A stretch of 64,000 bases of DNA from Escherichia coli (GTDB lineage: Bacteria; Pseudomonadota; Gammaproteobacteria; Enterobacterales; Enterobacteriaceae). Made by a program: the position numbers and the translations under genes. The notes below the pieces were generated by a model. It was not told the origin of the DNA and searched no databases. It worked only from the letters and a program-made list of their open reading frames with translations. Of the stretch, positions 37,437-46,504 are shown in pieces (within the stretch, counting starts at the first letter, position 1; every line of letters starts with the position of its first letter). Location: NCBI GenBank assembly GCA_005400705.1, contig GCA_005400705.1_4079.1; one strand, 5' to 3'.

Positions 37437-38189
37437 ATGATATCAGAAAAATTTATAAGCAATGAAGGTAAAAAGCGATTACTGATTATATCAGGTGCAG
37501 GACTTTCTGTTGAAAGTGGTATGGAACCTTTTCGATTTGATGATGGTTTGTGGGATACATTTAAAATTAATGATGTATGTAACATTGCGAGTTTAACTAC
37601 AAAATATCATGTTGTTCATTCTTTCTATAATACATTACGTGTAAAATTGGGACAATGCGAACCGAATGCAATGCATTATTTTATAAAATCGTTAGAAGAT
37701 CAATATGGTGATTGCTTCCTTCATATGACTTCTAACATGGACGATCTTTATACTCGTATTGGTGGTCATGAGCTTAAACTTCATGGAAACTTGTGTGAAG
37801 TTATTGAAAATTATAGTATCAATTCCGATGATTATAATGTTATTAACTGCGGATACGAACCATACATACCAAAACATGATGTTTTTGCTAAACCAAATGT
37901 AGTAATGATTGGAGAATATCATCGTTATGTTGATGGTATTCGCTTACCAATTTACGAAGAACGAAATAATGTGTTGAAATCTCTTAATGAAAATGATACA
38001 GTTATTGTAATTGGTAGTAGCGATACAGTACTGGTATGGTCGAGATTAGCAGCAGCATTGCCATGTTATAGTGTTAATGTTAACATTCGTAAAAATGATA
38101 ATGATTTTTTGTTTAATGAAAAAGTTATCAAGCCAGCAACCAAAGCAATACCGCATCTAGAGACTATAATTAAGGAACGTATGAAATGA
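37437..38189 (+). CDS. Sir2-family (sirtuin/CobB-like) NAD-dependent protein
   Basis: GAGLSVESGMEPFRFDDGLW, TSNMDDLYTRIG and LHG align with CobB GAGISAESGI / TQNIDNLH / HG motifs; AAGGA before ATG 37437. Confidence 0.75.
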   Translation: MISEKFISNEGKKRLLIISGAGLSVESGMEPFRFDDGLWDTFKINDVCNIASLTTKYHVVHSFYNTLRVKLGQCEPNAMHYFIKSLEDQYGDCFLHMTSNMDDLYTRIGGHELKLHGNLCEVIENYSINSDDYNVINCGYEPYIPKHDVFAKPNVVMIGEYHRYVDGIRLPIYEERNNVLKSLNENDTVIVIGSSDTVLVWSRLAAALPCYSVNVNIRKNDNDFLFNEKVIKPATKAIPHLETIIKERMK

Positions 38190-38737
38190 GTGTTAAAGAA
38201 GTTCCCTTTGGTGAATATGGCACACGTGCAAATTTTGTATTTTGTTATTTCTTTGCAAGAAAATGCAACCCTTACAAAAACTATGAGTTGAATGATATAC
38301 CAGAAGTAAATTTAGTATTACTGCAATTACGATGGGATGGTCTTCTTGGTGGATGTGGTGGAACCGTAGAAAGTACTGATATCTCACTAGAAGATGCGTT
38401 GTGTCGTGAAGTTCAAGAAGAAATGGATTACAATATTTTTGTTTCCCATCTTCGACCACTCAAAACTTTTGAAATTTACCCAGGTGCAAACAGTCATAGT
38501 TTTAGCTATGAAGTGAGCTATGACGAGTTGAAACACATTAGAGATGGATACACTAATGCTAAACATGCAAGTGCAGAAGTTGCTGGTGTAAATTTATGTC
38601 ATATTTCTCGTTATTCTAAGGGACAAAATCGAGAAGCGGGATATCATAATCTTATGACACAGAACTTCATCGGTACAGCAAAACAAGAATTGGAGTATCT
38701 GGTTCAAAAAGAAAACTTACTAATTAGTTATCTATAG
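38186..38737 (+). CDS. Nudix-like hydrolase (divergent Nudix box)
   Basis: GGCGGTVESTDISLEDALCREVQEEMDY carries the REVQEE core with non-canonical spacing; ATGA overlap with Sir2 gene. Confidence 0.5.
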   Translation: MSVKEVPFGEYGTRANFVFCYFFARKCNPYKNYELNDIPEVNLVLLQLRWDGLLGGCGGTVESTDISLEDALCREVQEEMDYNIFVSHLRPLKTFEIYPGANSHSFSYEVSYDELKHIRDGYTNAKHASAEVAGVNLCHISRYSKGQNREAGYHNLMTQNFIGTAKQELEYLVQKENLLISYL

Positions 38738-38746
38738 GAGTTTAAC

Positions 38747-39067
38747 ATGTCTTACTCAATGTTTTTGGATGATATTCGTGATGCAAATCTATATTATCCA
38801 AACCAAGATATGGTGGTATGTCGTGACTTTAAAAGTGCATGTGAATATGTTATTGAAAATGGAATTCCAGCATTTGTATCATTCGACCATGACTTGGGTG
38901 ATGTGAGCGAAGACGAAAAGACTGGATATTCTTTTGCTAAGTTTCTTATTGATTATATGTTTGATAATAATATTAAAGAACCGTTTGAGTACTTTGTTCA
39001 CAGTAGTAATCCTGTTGGTAAAATTAATATTGAAACATACTTAAACAATGGATTTAACGCATTATGA
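38747..39067 (+). CDS. receiver-like (CheY-fold-like) small protein
   Basis: FLDDIRD acidic pair, VSFDHDLGD, HSSNPVGK: pattern similar to receiver / cyclic-phosphate-processing receiver domains; from memory. Confidence 0.4.
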   Translation: MSYSMFLDDIRDANLYYPNQDMVVCRDFKSACEYVIENGIPAFVSFDHDLGDVSEDEKTGYSFAKFLIDYMFDNNIKEPFEYFVHSSNPVGKINIETYLNNGFNAL

Positions 39068-39366
39068 TTCAAACACACATCAAAAGTCTTATTTGTACTG
39101 TTCTGTTAGGTGCAGGAGTTCTTTGGTTCGGACAGTATCACGAGAACACTAAGCGTACCAACATTCACTACAATACCGCAGAAGTTGTTAGTTTAGGACA
39201 ATGTAGCGAGTCCAAATGTTCATTTATGTATAAAACCCAAAGTGGTGAAGTACGTAATGGACTATCAAGAGAACCAGTTTCAATTGGTCAACTTGTTTAC
39301 CAGGAGTGCTGGGAAGAAAAGGTTCGAGGTTCACGTTGCTATGTTGAATACGAACCAAATATGTAA
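39064..39366 (+). CDS. small protein with N-terminal TM helix
   Basis: ATGA overlap; LICTVLLGAGVLWFG hydrophobic segment. Confidence 0.5.
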   Translation: MIQTHIKSLICTVLLGAGVLWFGQYHENTKRTNIHYNTAEVVSLGQCSESKCSFMYKTQSGEVRNGLSREPVSIGQLVYQECWEEKVRGSRCYVEYEPNM

Positions 39367-39426
39367 TAATCCGAGTCAATAACATTAGTCGAGTGCAAGG
39401 ATGTACTCATAACTCAAGGATGTTTT

Positions 39427-40866
39427 ATGAAAAAATATACAATTGACACAAACGTACTACTATCTGACCCGAATGCATCTATTGCTTTTGATGGTGCTGC
39501 AATCATTCTACCATTTACAGTACTGGAAGAATTAGATTCGATTAAGAGTCGTAATGTAGATGTTTCACGCGATGCTCGTGTTGCTATTCGTAACATTGAA
39601 GCAATTATTGCAGATGCATCACATGACGAGATTAGTAGTACTGGTGTTAATATTGCTGATGTTCATACCAATATGAATCCTGATAGCAAATTGTTTGTTA
39701 TTACAAACGAAGAAGCTGAGGCACTAATTCGTACTAAAGGTACAGAAGAGAAAGTTCAAACCCTTCTCAAAAGTACTGTACCTGATGATAAAATCATTCT
39801 GGTAGCTTTAGCAACAGAATCAGTACTGGTAACTCGTGATATCAACATGCGTATCAAAGCACTAAGTTATGGTGTCGAGGTACAAGATTATCGCCATGAT
39901 ATTGTTATTGGTGATAGTGATTTGATTCACATTGGTCAACACCATCTGGAAATCAATTTTTGGGAAGTATACAGCAACTTAACCAATACTAATATTCAAT
40001 CCGAACAAGTTGGTCGTCGTTTGTATCATTACATTTCTAAAAGCTTGATTGAACATCTGCTTCCACAAAATCTATGCATCGGTGATTATCTATATGATGA
40101 TGCTGACGTATTATTTGTGTACGAAGGACAATCAGCAATTGAGGAAGATGATGGAACACTAACACCAGAAGATATTTTGGTATTCCAAGATATTGGACAA
40201 TCAGTAGCTTTACGTGCTAAAGTATGGGATATTAAAGCAAAGAATATCCAACAAGCACTCGCCATCAACAGTATTCTCGATCCTGATGTACATCTAACAG
40301 TACTGCTAGGTTCTGCTGGTACTGGTAAAACACTAATTACGATTGCTACTGCATTAGAATTAGTACTGGAAAAATGTAAATACGACCGAATCATCTTCTC
40401 TAAAACTCAAGACTCACAGTTTGAAGATATTGGTTTCTTGCCAGGTTCAGAAGCAGAAAAAGTGATTCCATTCTGTGGAGCCGCAATTGACGCGTTAGAG
40501 TTTCTTCATAAAGATGATGCTAACCCACAAGGTAGTATTGAAGAGATTATGAAACGTAATGTTATTCAATTTAAAGCACTAAACTTTGTACGTGGACGTT
40601 CATTCACCAACACTATTCTAGTAGTTGATGAATTCCAAAACATTACACCTGCACAAGCCAAAACAATCTTGACACGAGCAGGATTAAACTGTAAAGTAGT
40701 AATTATGGGTAACTTGAGTCAGATTGACAGTAAGTTTATTAGTCCTGTTAACAGTGGTTTGACATATGTAACTGAGAAGTTTAAAGATTGGGCAGGTTGT
40801 CGTGTCATCGAACTTGAAGGTGTTGTTCGCTCACCACTAGCTGAATTTGCTGAAGAAAATATGTAA
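39427..40866 (+). CDS. phoH: PIN-domain + PhoH-like ATPase
   Basis: N-terminal YTIDTNVLL..LEELD (PIN-like); Walker A GSAGTGKT; Walker B VVDEFQN. Confidence 0.85.
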   Translation: MKKYTIDTNVLLSDPNASIAFDGAAIILPFTVLEELDSIKSRNVDVSRDARVAIRNIEAIIADASHDEISSTGVNIADVHTNMNPDSKLFVITNEEAEALIRTKGTEEKVQTLLKSTVPDDKIILVALATESVLVTRDINMRIKALSYGVEVQDYRHDIVIGDSDLIHIGQHHLEINFWEVYSNLTNTNIQSEQVGRRLYHYISKSLIEHLLPQNLCIGDYLYDDADVLFVYEGQSAIEEDDGTLTPEDILVFQDIGQSVALRAKVWDIKAKNIQQALAINSILDPDVHLTVLLGSAGTGKTLITIATALELVLEKCKYDRIIFSKTQDSQFEDIGFLPGSEAEKVIPFCGAAIDALEFLHKDDANPQGSIEEIMKRNVIQFKALNFVRGRSFTNTILVVDEFQNITPAQAKTILTRAGLNCKVVIMGNLSQIDSKFISPVNSGLTYVTEKFKDWAGCRVIELEGVVRSPLAEFAEENM

Positions 40867-40870
40867 TATT

Positions 40871-40893
40871 GTATGGGACATTATGTCCCATAC
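40871..40893 (+). other. perfect hairpin GTATGGGAC-N5-GTCCCATAC (no clear U-tract)
   Basis: inverted repeat read directly; immediately precedes an extended -10. Confidence 0.5.
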
Positions 40894-40894
40894 A

Positions 40895-40903
40895 TGATAT
40901 AAT
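40895..40903 (+). promoter_or_regulatory. extended -10 promoter element TGATATAAT
   Basis: exact TGnTATAAT match upstream of small basic protein gene. Confidence 0.4.
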
Positions 40904-40934
40904 GTTGTTATCATAATACAGAAGGAGATATAAA

Positions 40935-41123
40935 ATGGCTAAACAACCTAAGAAAAAAGAACCAGTAGCAAAAGTTAAGAAAGAGAAAGTTATTCAATCT
41001 AAAGAACAACGTATGTACGAACAACGTAAGAGTGAAACCCTATCCGGTCTACAAGCTCTACGCAAACAAGGTGTACTAACTCGTGCACAGTACCGTGAAC
41101 TAGTAGCTCAGAAAGGTTTTTGA
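40935..41123 (+). CDS. small lysine-rich basic protein (62 aa), apparently monocistronic
   Basis: GGAGATATAAAATG; own promoter upstream and terminator downstream. Confidence 0.55.
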   Translation: MAKQPKKKEPVAKVKKEKVIQSKEQRMYEQRKSETLSGLQALRKQGVLTRAQYRELVAQKGF

Positions 41124-41227
41124 TTCATTTGAAGACATATTGTGGAGTTCTTAATAAATACTTTTATAAGAATAATAATACTTTTTATTAAATTAAAAAG
41201 AACTCCATGTGTTATTTCAGTTTTTCG

Positions 41228-41255
41228 TCCCTGTCTTTTGGCAGGGATTTTTTTA
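41228..41255 (+). terminator. rho-independent terminator
   Basis: stem TCCCTG...CAGGGA followed by T7. Confidence 0.7.
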
Positions 41256-41350
41256 TATCTATATCTTGACAAAAGGAACAAATAATGAGAACATGTACTA
41301 AAGGAAGAATGACTTTCCATTAGGTTATTTTAACTTAAAGGAGATTTCAT

Positions 41351-41908
41351 ATGTTTTTTGACCAAACATTTACGTTGTATCACGATTCTGGTAAAGTTGA
41401 GATTGTAGACGATCTACTTCAATACATTGCTGACCATCAAGGGATAGATCGTTTCCACAGTAAGATGAAATTTGATTTAGCAGAATTCAACAAAAAGAAT
41501 CGTGAAACTTTTTGGAAGAACCGTTTCTATTACGAAATGTTCCCAGAAGAGTTTGTGGGTTATTATCTTTGTACTGAAAAAGGATTACTTGTATCTCCTG
41601 ATTTACTTATGGGTGAATACATGATACTCTATAATGAGTACTGGGAACATAAACGTAAAGCTCGTGATACGGAATGGCGACATAAGCGTTCGTATATGTA
41701 CAAACATAACCACTCCCGATACAAGCGTCCTAAGACTCAGCAAGAGCGTCGTATGGCTTGTGCAGTACTGAAGGATGAGGGGGAACCTGATATACGTGGA
41801 AGACGTAAGATGCGTTCATTACCATCGTATTGGGACGATATCAGAACAAGACATAGTACTGGCTGGAAATACAGTACTAAACGTAAACATCAATACAAAG
41901 GGAGCTAA
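41351..41908 (+). CDS. hypothetical protein with Arg/Lys-rich C-terminal half
   Basis: AAGGAG before ATG. Confidence 0.5.
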   Translation: MFFDQTFTLYHDSGKVEIVDDLLQYIADHQGIDRFHSKMKFDLAEFNKKNRETFWKNRFYYEMFPEEFVGYYLCTEKGLLVSPDLLMGEYMILYNEYWEHKRKARDTEWRHKRSYMYKHNHSRYKRPKTQQERRMACAVLKDEGEPDIRGRRKMRSLPSYWDDIRTRHSTGWKYSTKRKHQYKGS

Positions 41909-41926
41909 TGCTCCCTAATTTTATAG

Positions 41927-42265
41927 GTGAACTTTATGAACAAAATTGACGTTACTGTAGTGATTGGTTATATTGAAATTGAACCGTGTGGCATTGATAC
42001 CTTTATTGACACTCTTAATAAGTATCGTGCTGAATATAACGGTCCCATTAGTCTTTCACCCGACGGTGGTTACGGCGGTTTTCATGGATACAATGTAATT
42101 TGGACCAGAGAAGAAACTGACGAAGAATATAATACACGAATTGAAGCTGAATCTAAAAGATGTGAAGAAATTGAACGTCAAGAAATGAAACACTTAATGA
42201 ACAAGAAATCATTAAGTACCGAAGAGAAATCTAAACTGCTAAAATACATCAAGGATTACATGTAA
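41927..42265 (+). CDS. hypothetical protein (112 aa)
   Basis: ORF track. Confidence 0.5.
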   Translation: MNFMNKIDVTVVIGYIEIEPCGIDTFIDTLNKYRAEYNGPISLSPDGGYGGFHGYNVIWTREETDEEYNTRIEAESKRCEEIERQEMKHLMNKKSLSTEEKSKLLKYIKDYM

Positions 42266-42915
42266 TGAAAAATGTAACTCAAGAAAAGATTCTGTACCTT
42301 GCAAAGTACAATGGTGGTTTCAATATCATTAGCCGTGAGTACAGTGGTAATTTGGCTAAGTTGATTGACAGTTTGTTAGAATTTGATTTCATTAAATGGG
42401 GAACTAATGAACTTTGGTACGAATATGCTGGTCAGAAATGGGAAAGTGATTATGATAATGCAATACATTCATACACTATCACCAAAGCAGGTGAAGTTCG
42501 ATTAGCCATTATGCGTTGTGCATATACTTACAAAAATCATAAAGGTGAAGAAAAACATATTCGCAGAAATGAAGAGCTATTACTTCTCATGGAAGCAGCA
42601 AAAGTTACAATGCATGATTTGTTCCACCACCCACGTTGGTATGAAAATCTAACAAAAGCAGAGTACAAAGCTTTACGTTACATTGATGAACAAAACAACA
42701 CCCCAGTTGAAGTTGATGATGTTAGTGATGATGAACTAAGCCTCAAAAATGTATTTGAAAGTACCAGTACTGAAAGTATTACAGACATTTCTGTACAGAT
42801 GGCACTAAAAGCAATGGAACTTTTCAAGACACAATATGAAGGACACAGTGCTGAAGAAGTAGAGCGTGAGTTCATCACACGCGTACAGATTGCATTGTTC
42901 CAATCGAAAAAGTAG
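42265..42915 (+). CDS. hypothetical protein (216 aa)
   Basis: ORF track. Confidence 0.5.
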   Translation: MKNVTQEKILYLAKYNGGFNIISREYSGNLAKLIDSLLEFDFIKWGTNELWYEYAGQKWESDYDNAIHSYTITKAGEVRLAIMRCAYTYKNHKGEEKHIRRNEELLLLMEAAKVTMHDLFHHPRWYENLTKAEYKALRYIDEQNNTPVEVDDVSDDELSLKNVFESTSTESITDISVQMALKAMELFKTQYEGHSAEEVEREFITRVQIALFQSKK

Positions 42916-43122
42916 GATGATATGAAATATGAACATCAGTGATGGGTTATCATATAAAGAAGCAGGTAAAGATGGTGTCAAAGGTGAAGCTGTAGATCTT
43001 TGCATTTGTGCACTTGACATGTTCGCTTTGTAATGCGATAATATGAGTTCAGAAGAGATGGAACGTGAGTTCCTTACTTACATGAATGTTAAACTAGCCA
43101 AATGGCGTAAATCAATTCAATA
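42916..43122 (+). pseudogene. degenerate duplicate of the 3' end of the upstream gene, split across two frames
   Basis: translations ...AVDLCICALDMFAL* and MSSEEMEREFLTYMNVKLAKWRKSIQ* resemble upstream C-terminus ...ISVQMALKAMELF...SAEEVEREFITRVQIALFQSKK. Confidence 0.3.
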
Positions 43123-43132
43123 GGTATTTTAA

Positions 43133-44104
43133 ATGAAAACTAAAATTATTTCTGAACAAAAAATTGGCAATACTACAGTACTGAATCTTGAAGTTCAAGG
43201 TCTTAGTAATGTTCGTTCTCTTACGGTTTGTACTCAGAGAGATGATTTGACTGATTTCTATAGCTCAGAATACATGTCAGAAGAACCTTGGGGTATGGGA
43301 TGGTTGGACGGTAGTAGTTATATCAGTTCACGTTATAGTTTTGGTTCTCATGAAAATATTGAACAATTAAAAAATGAGTATATTAAACTCAGTGATACTA
43401 TTGAAATGAAAGAAGAAGATTGTGTAGAACTTTTCATTTTTGAATTCGATGCCGGAAATGGTAATTCATTACTAGTAAGTAATATTGAAGAACATTTAAT
43501 GTATCATGAAATTGAAGATGTAGATTTTGAAAGTATTAAAAATGTTGTTCATATGGTTGGTGGTAGTATTACTGATGATTCAGATATCGGTCATAATATT
43601 TCACTGTGCTTAATTTCTCATCCAAAAACTCGTGGTTTTAAAGTTCCACAAGATGAAACTTACGTGTCTGAAACTGCTGATGAAGGAATTTATCCTTGGA
43701 ATGATTATGTAGAATACTATGGTCATTTCTGTTCTGATACAAAAGAACTGAAAAAAGGCGAACAATATTTTGATATGTTCCGTGCTGCACAGCGTTTAGT
43801 ACTGAATAATACTGAACTATTTCCTGATCGCGGCGAAGAAAATATGATTGATATTATCTTCAAGAACTATGATTATGTACAGAACATTCCTGATAATGTT
43901 CATTTGGAATATGTTCACGGTTCTTCAAACAAATTCTATAATATTGAATTGAATGCTCCAGTGTGTGAAGTAATTATTGAGTACGGTGCTATTGGTAAAA
44001 CCAGTACTACTGATGGTGAAGAATTCGAAACTATTGAAGAAGCACGTAAGTTCTTCGAGAAGAAAGTAATTTCCAAAATTAAAAGTGGTTATAGCCCAAA
44101 ATGA
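43133..44104 (+). CDS. hypothetical protein with WGR-like C-terminal domain
   Basis: C-terminus SSNKFYNIELN...EYGAIG...EEFETIEEARKFFEKKVISKIKSGY follows the WGR-domain pattern with WGR replaced by EYG. Confidence 0.45.
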   Translation: MKTKIISEQKIGNTTVLNLEVQGLSNVRSLTVCTQRDDLTDFYSSEYMSEEPWGMGWLDGSSYISSRYSFGSHENIEQLKNEYIKLSDTIEMKEEDCVELFIFEFDAGNGNSLLVSNIEEHLMYHEIEDVDFESIKNVVHMVGGSITDDSDIGHNISLCLISHPKTRGFKVPQDETYVSETADEGIYPWNDYVEYYGHFCSDTKELKKGEQYFDMFRAAQRLVLNNTELFPDRGEENMIDIIFKNYDYVQNIPDNVHLEYVHGSSNKFYNIELNAPVCEVIIEYGAIGKTSTTDGEEFETIEEARKFFEKKVISKIKSGYSPK

Positions 44105-44481
44105 AAATCACACGCTTTGGTAAAACCTTTGAACTAAACATTGTTTCTGTTTATAAAAAAGGAAAATCAGGAAAGTTAAGCACTGATAATATTAGATTTG
44201 TTATTAGTGATTATTATGATATGTTTAATCAGGCATTTGAAGAAAATAAATTTGGTTTGATTTTATGTAAACCACAAAAACCGGAATTAGGTATTTTGGA
44301 TTTAAGAACTGATAAGTCTGATTTTATTGGTAATCTTGATATTATTGAATTTAAAGTTGATATATCAAAAGAACATTTTAGAGTTAAAAACTATAATTAT
44401 TACAAAGTTGATATTAATTCTATCGAAGTACAAAACGTACTTGATGAACTTATCAGTAATAATTCGTGTTTTACTAAATGA
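44101..44481 (+). CDS. hypothetical protein (126 aa)
   Basis: ATGA overlap. Confidence 0.5.
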   Translation: MKITRFGKTFELNIVSVYKKGKSGKLSTDNIRFVISDYYDMFNQAFEENKFGLILCKPQKPELGILDLRTDKSDFIGNLDIIEFKVDISKEHFRVKNYNYYKVDINSIEVQNVLDELISNNSCFTK

Positions 44482-44493
44482 GAAAAAAATATC

Positions 44494-44727
44494 ATGAAAA
44501 ATATATTCATTACATTAACAATATTTGTATCCATTATTCTCTGTGGTTGTGCTCCTAAAGTTGATGAGATGGATGCTGAAATCATCCGTCAAGGTTTAAC
44601 AAAACTAAATCACCAAGGAACACTATACGCATGTCATACTATGCGTCATGGGCAAGATCTTAATCTCATGTGCAGGAAGATTGTGAATCGCAAACGTCTT
44701 AATACTGTTCCGAAGGATGCACAATGA
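44494..44727 (+). CDS. putative small lipoprotein (77 aa)
   Basis: MKNIFITLTIFVSIILCGCAPK: signal peptide with lipobox-like LCGC. Confidence 0.5.
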   Translation: MKNIFITLTIFVSIILCGCAPKVDEMDAEIIRQGLTKLNHQGTLYACHTMRHGQDLNLMCRKIVNRKRLNTVPKDAQ

Positions 44728-44894
44728 AAGAAGTAATTGACTACAAATGTAAAAATTGTGGCAAAGATAAGGGTAAGCATTCAGTACAAGGGATGGCTTG
44801 CCCGAATCCAGGTCGTGGTAATTTCAGCGGGTTCAGTACTGAAAAGTCTTACGAACCGGATCATACCAAACCTGTAATGGGTTATAAATTATGA
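44724..44894 (+). CDS. small zinc-ribbon-like protein (56 aa), below ORF-track cutoff
   Basis: ATG 44724 overlapping upstream stop; CKNCG and MACPNPG; ends in ATGA overlap with next gene. Confidence 0.4.
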   Translation: MKEVIDYKCKNCGKDKGKHSVQGMACPNPGRGNFSGFSTEKSYEPDHTKPVMGYKL

Positions 44895-45250
44895 GTGATT
44901 ATGTAGCATTTCTTCATCGCTTTGGAGAAGCTAAAGAAAAACATATTATCCGTATGCCATTATATGGTGAAAAAGACTGGTACAAAAGTACTATAAGTGT
45001 AGGTGCATTTCGTGACCGTGAAGCTGGATTCTTTCTGGGTAAGCAACATGAACGAGAGGTACTTTGCTCACTGTGGCGTTTGGATGAATGGGATAGTGAG
45101 AACGTAAGAACTGCTGAATCAATGCTGGCTATTGTTGGTATTGCGAACTATCAGCACCCATATGACCTATTACCTACATTTGAACATGCTTCTTTGTTTG
45201 ATTTTTACAAAGCAGTAGGGTATGATTATAAAAAGAAACGTTACATTTAA
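44891..45250 (+). CDS. hypothetical protein (119 aa)
   Basis: ORF track. Confidence 0.5.
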   Translation: MSDYVAFLHRFGEAKEKHIIRMPLYGEKDWYKSTISVGAFRDREAGFFLGKQHEREVLCSLWRLDEWDSENVRTAESMLAIVGIANYQHPYDLLPTFEHASLFDFYKAVGYDYKKKRYI

Positions 45251-45296
45251 TATCAGTACTACCACAGTGGGCAGTACTTTTTAATTGGAGATTACT

Positions 45297-45911
45297 ATGA
45301 CTACATCTGAAAAGTACTGGTGGATTTTGGCTCATCCTAAATTCATAAACAAAGATATGGTTCCAGCTAGGATTGATATAGAACCTCATGATGTGTGTCC
45401 AATGACAAATCGAATTGAAGATTTCAAAGCATTGAATACAAAGACTCAATTTTGGGTAGAATTTCTTTCACCAATGTATATTGAGCAAGACGACGAATGG
45501 GTACAAGCACATGATTATCAATTGGATTGTGGTGGTGATACGTATGAAGAGGCGATTGATAAATTATACAAAAATGTGCTAAACACATATGGTGATTACA
45601 CCCAACAAGAAGCAGATAACACATTTAATAAGATCCATGCATTCAAATCTACTCCATCAATTTTTAATCCTACTAAAACTGTTTGGGAGGAACGACACAG
45701 TTGGAGTTCATGTGTAATCGATGAAGAAACCAAAGAAAAAATCATCGATGATATAAAAAATTTAAAAAATACGATAGAAGCCTTGCGTGAATTCATAATG
45801 TCTTGTACAATAGAACAACAGAAAGAGGCAAAGATACATTTGGAGAGTGAAGAATGTAAACTTTGGGTTCTAGAGAAATCTATTGAAAAGGGTATAGACT
45901 TAGACTTATGA
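45297..45911 (+). CDS. hypothetical protein
   Basis: GGAG 6 nt upstream of ATG 45297 (ORF-track start 45285 is TTG). Confidence 0.5.
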   Translation: MTTSEKYWWILAHPKFINKDMVPARIDIEPHDVCPMTNRIEDFKALNTKTQFWVEFLSPMYIEQDDEWVQAHDYQLDCGGDTYEEAIDKLYKNVLNTYGDYTQQEADNTFNKIHAFKSTPSIFNPTKTVWEERHSWSSCVIDEETKEKIIDDIKNLKNTIEALREFIMSCTIEQQKEAKIHLESEECKLWVLEKSIEKGIDLDL

Positions 45912-46276
45912 ATAGTAAATTGGAGAAACTAATCGAAGAATTACGCCAGATGCCACCTATTGAACAAGTAGGAAATTACAAACGGTATCGTGTTATTGCT
46001 CGTGCACTTGATAAAAAAGGTAGAGTACTGGCAACTCGCACAAATTCTTATACACAGACTCACCCAGTACAGAAGGGTTTCGCCATTCGTGCTGGGCGAC
46101 CGCAAGGTGAGTTTCTTCATGCTGAAATTTCATGTTTACTGGCTGCTCGTGCTGATGTTCATACTTTACTGATTGCACGGATAAGTAAAGATGGAATTCC
46201 TGTTCCGGCTAAACCATGTGAAATTTGCTCATTAGCAATAAAAGAATATGGGGTGAAAGAGATTATCCACACATGA
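45908..46276 (+). CDS. small cytidine/deoxycytidylate-deaminase-fold zinc enzyme
   Basis: HAEISCLL and PCEICS (H[AC]E ... PCxxC) zinc-binding signature; ATGA overlap. Confidence 0.6.
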   Translation: MNSKLEKLIEELRQMPPIEQVGNYKRYRVIARALDKKGRVLATRTNSYTQTHPVQKGFAIRAGRPQGEFLHAEISCLLAARADVHTLLIARISKDGIPVPAKPCEICSLAIKEYGVKEIIHT

Positions 46277-46494
46277 AAATTGAAAGATATGCTAAGCATA
46301 CTGTTGGGTGTGTAAATGATATATTCTATTATTATATTTTTGCACCTGAACTACGTTTTCAAATCACAACATACAATGATGGCAGATTTAAAGATACAAA
46401 CTTCCTCATAACCGACTTAGCAAAGTATGCGAATACAGAACATTTTAATCATTTAGTATTTGTGTACTGTATACCAAACCCAAATAAAAAGTAG
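46273..46494 (+). CDS. hypothetical small protein
   Basis: ATG 46273 overlaps upstream stop (ATGA); ORF-track start 46225 lies inside the deaminase gene. Confidence 0.4.
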   Translation: MKIERYAKHTVGCVNDIFYYYIFAPELRFQITTYNDGRFKDTNFLITDLAKYANTEHFNHLVFVYCIPNPNKK

Positions 46495-46504
46495 GAGATT
46501 AAAA

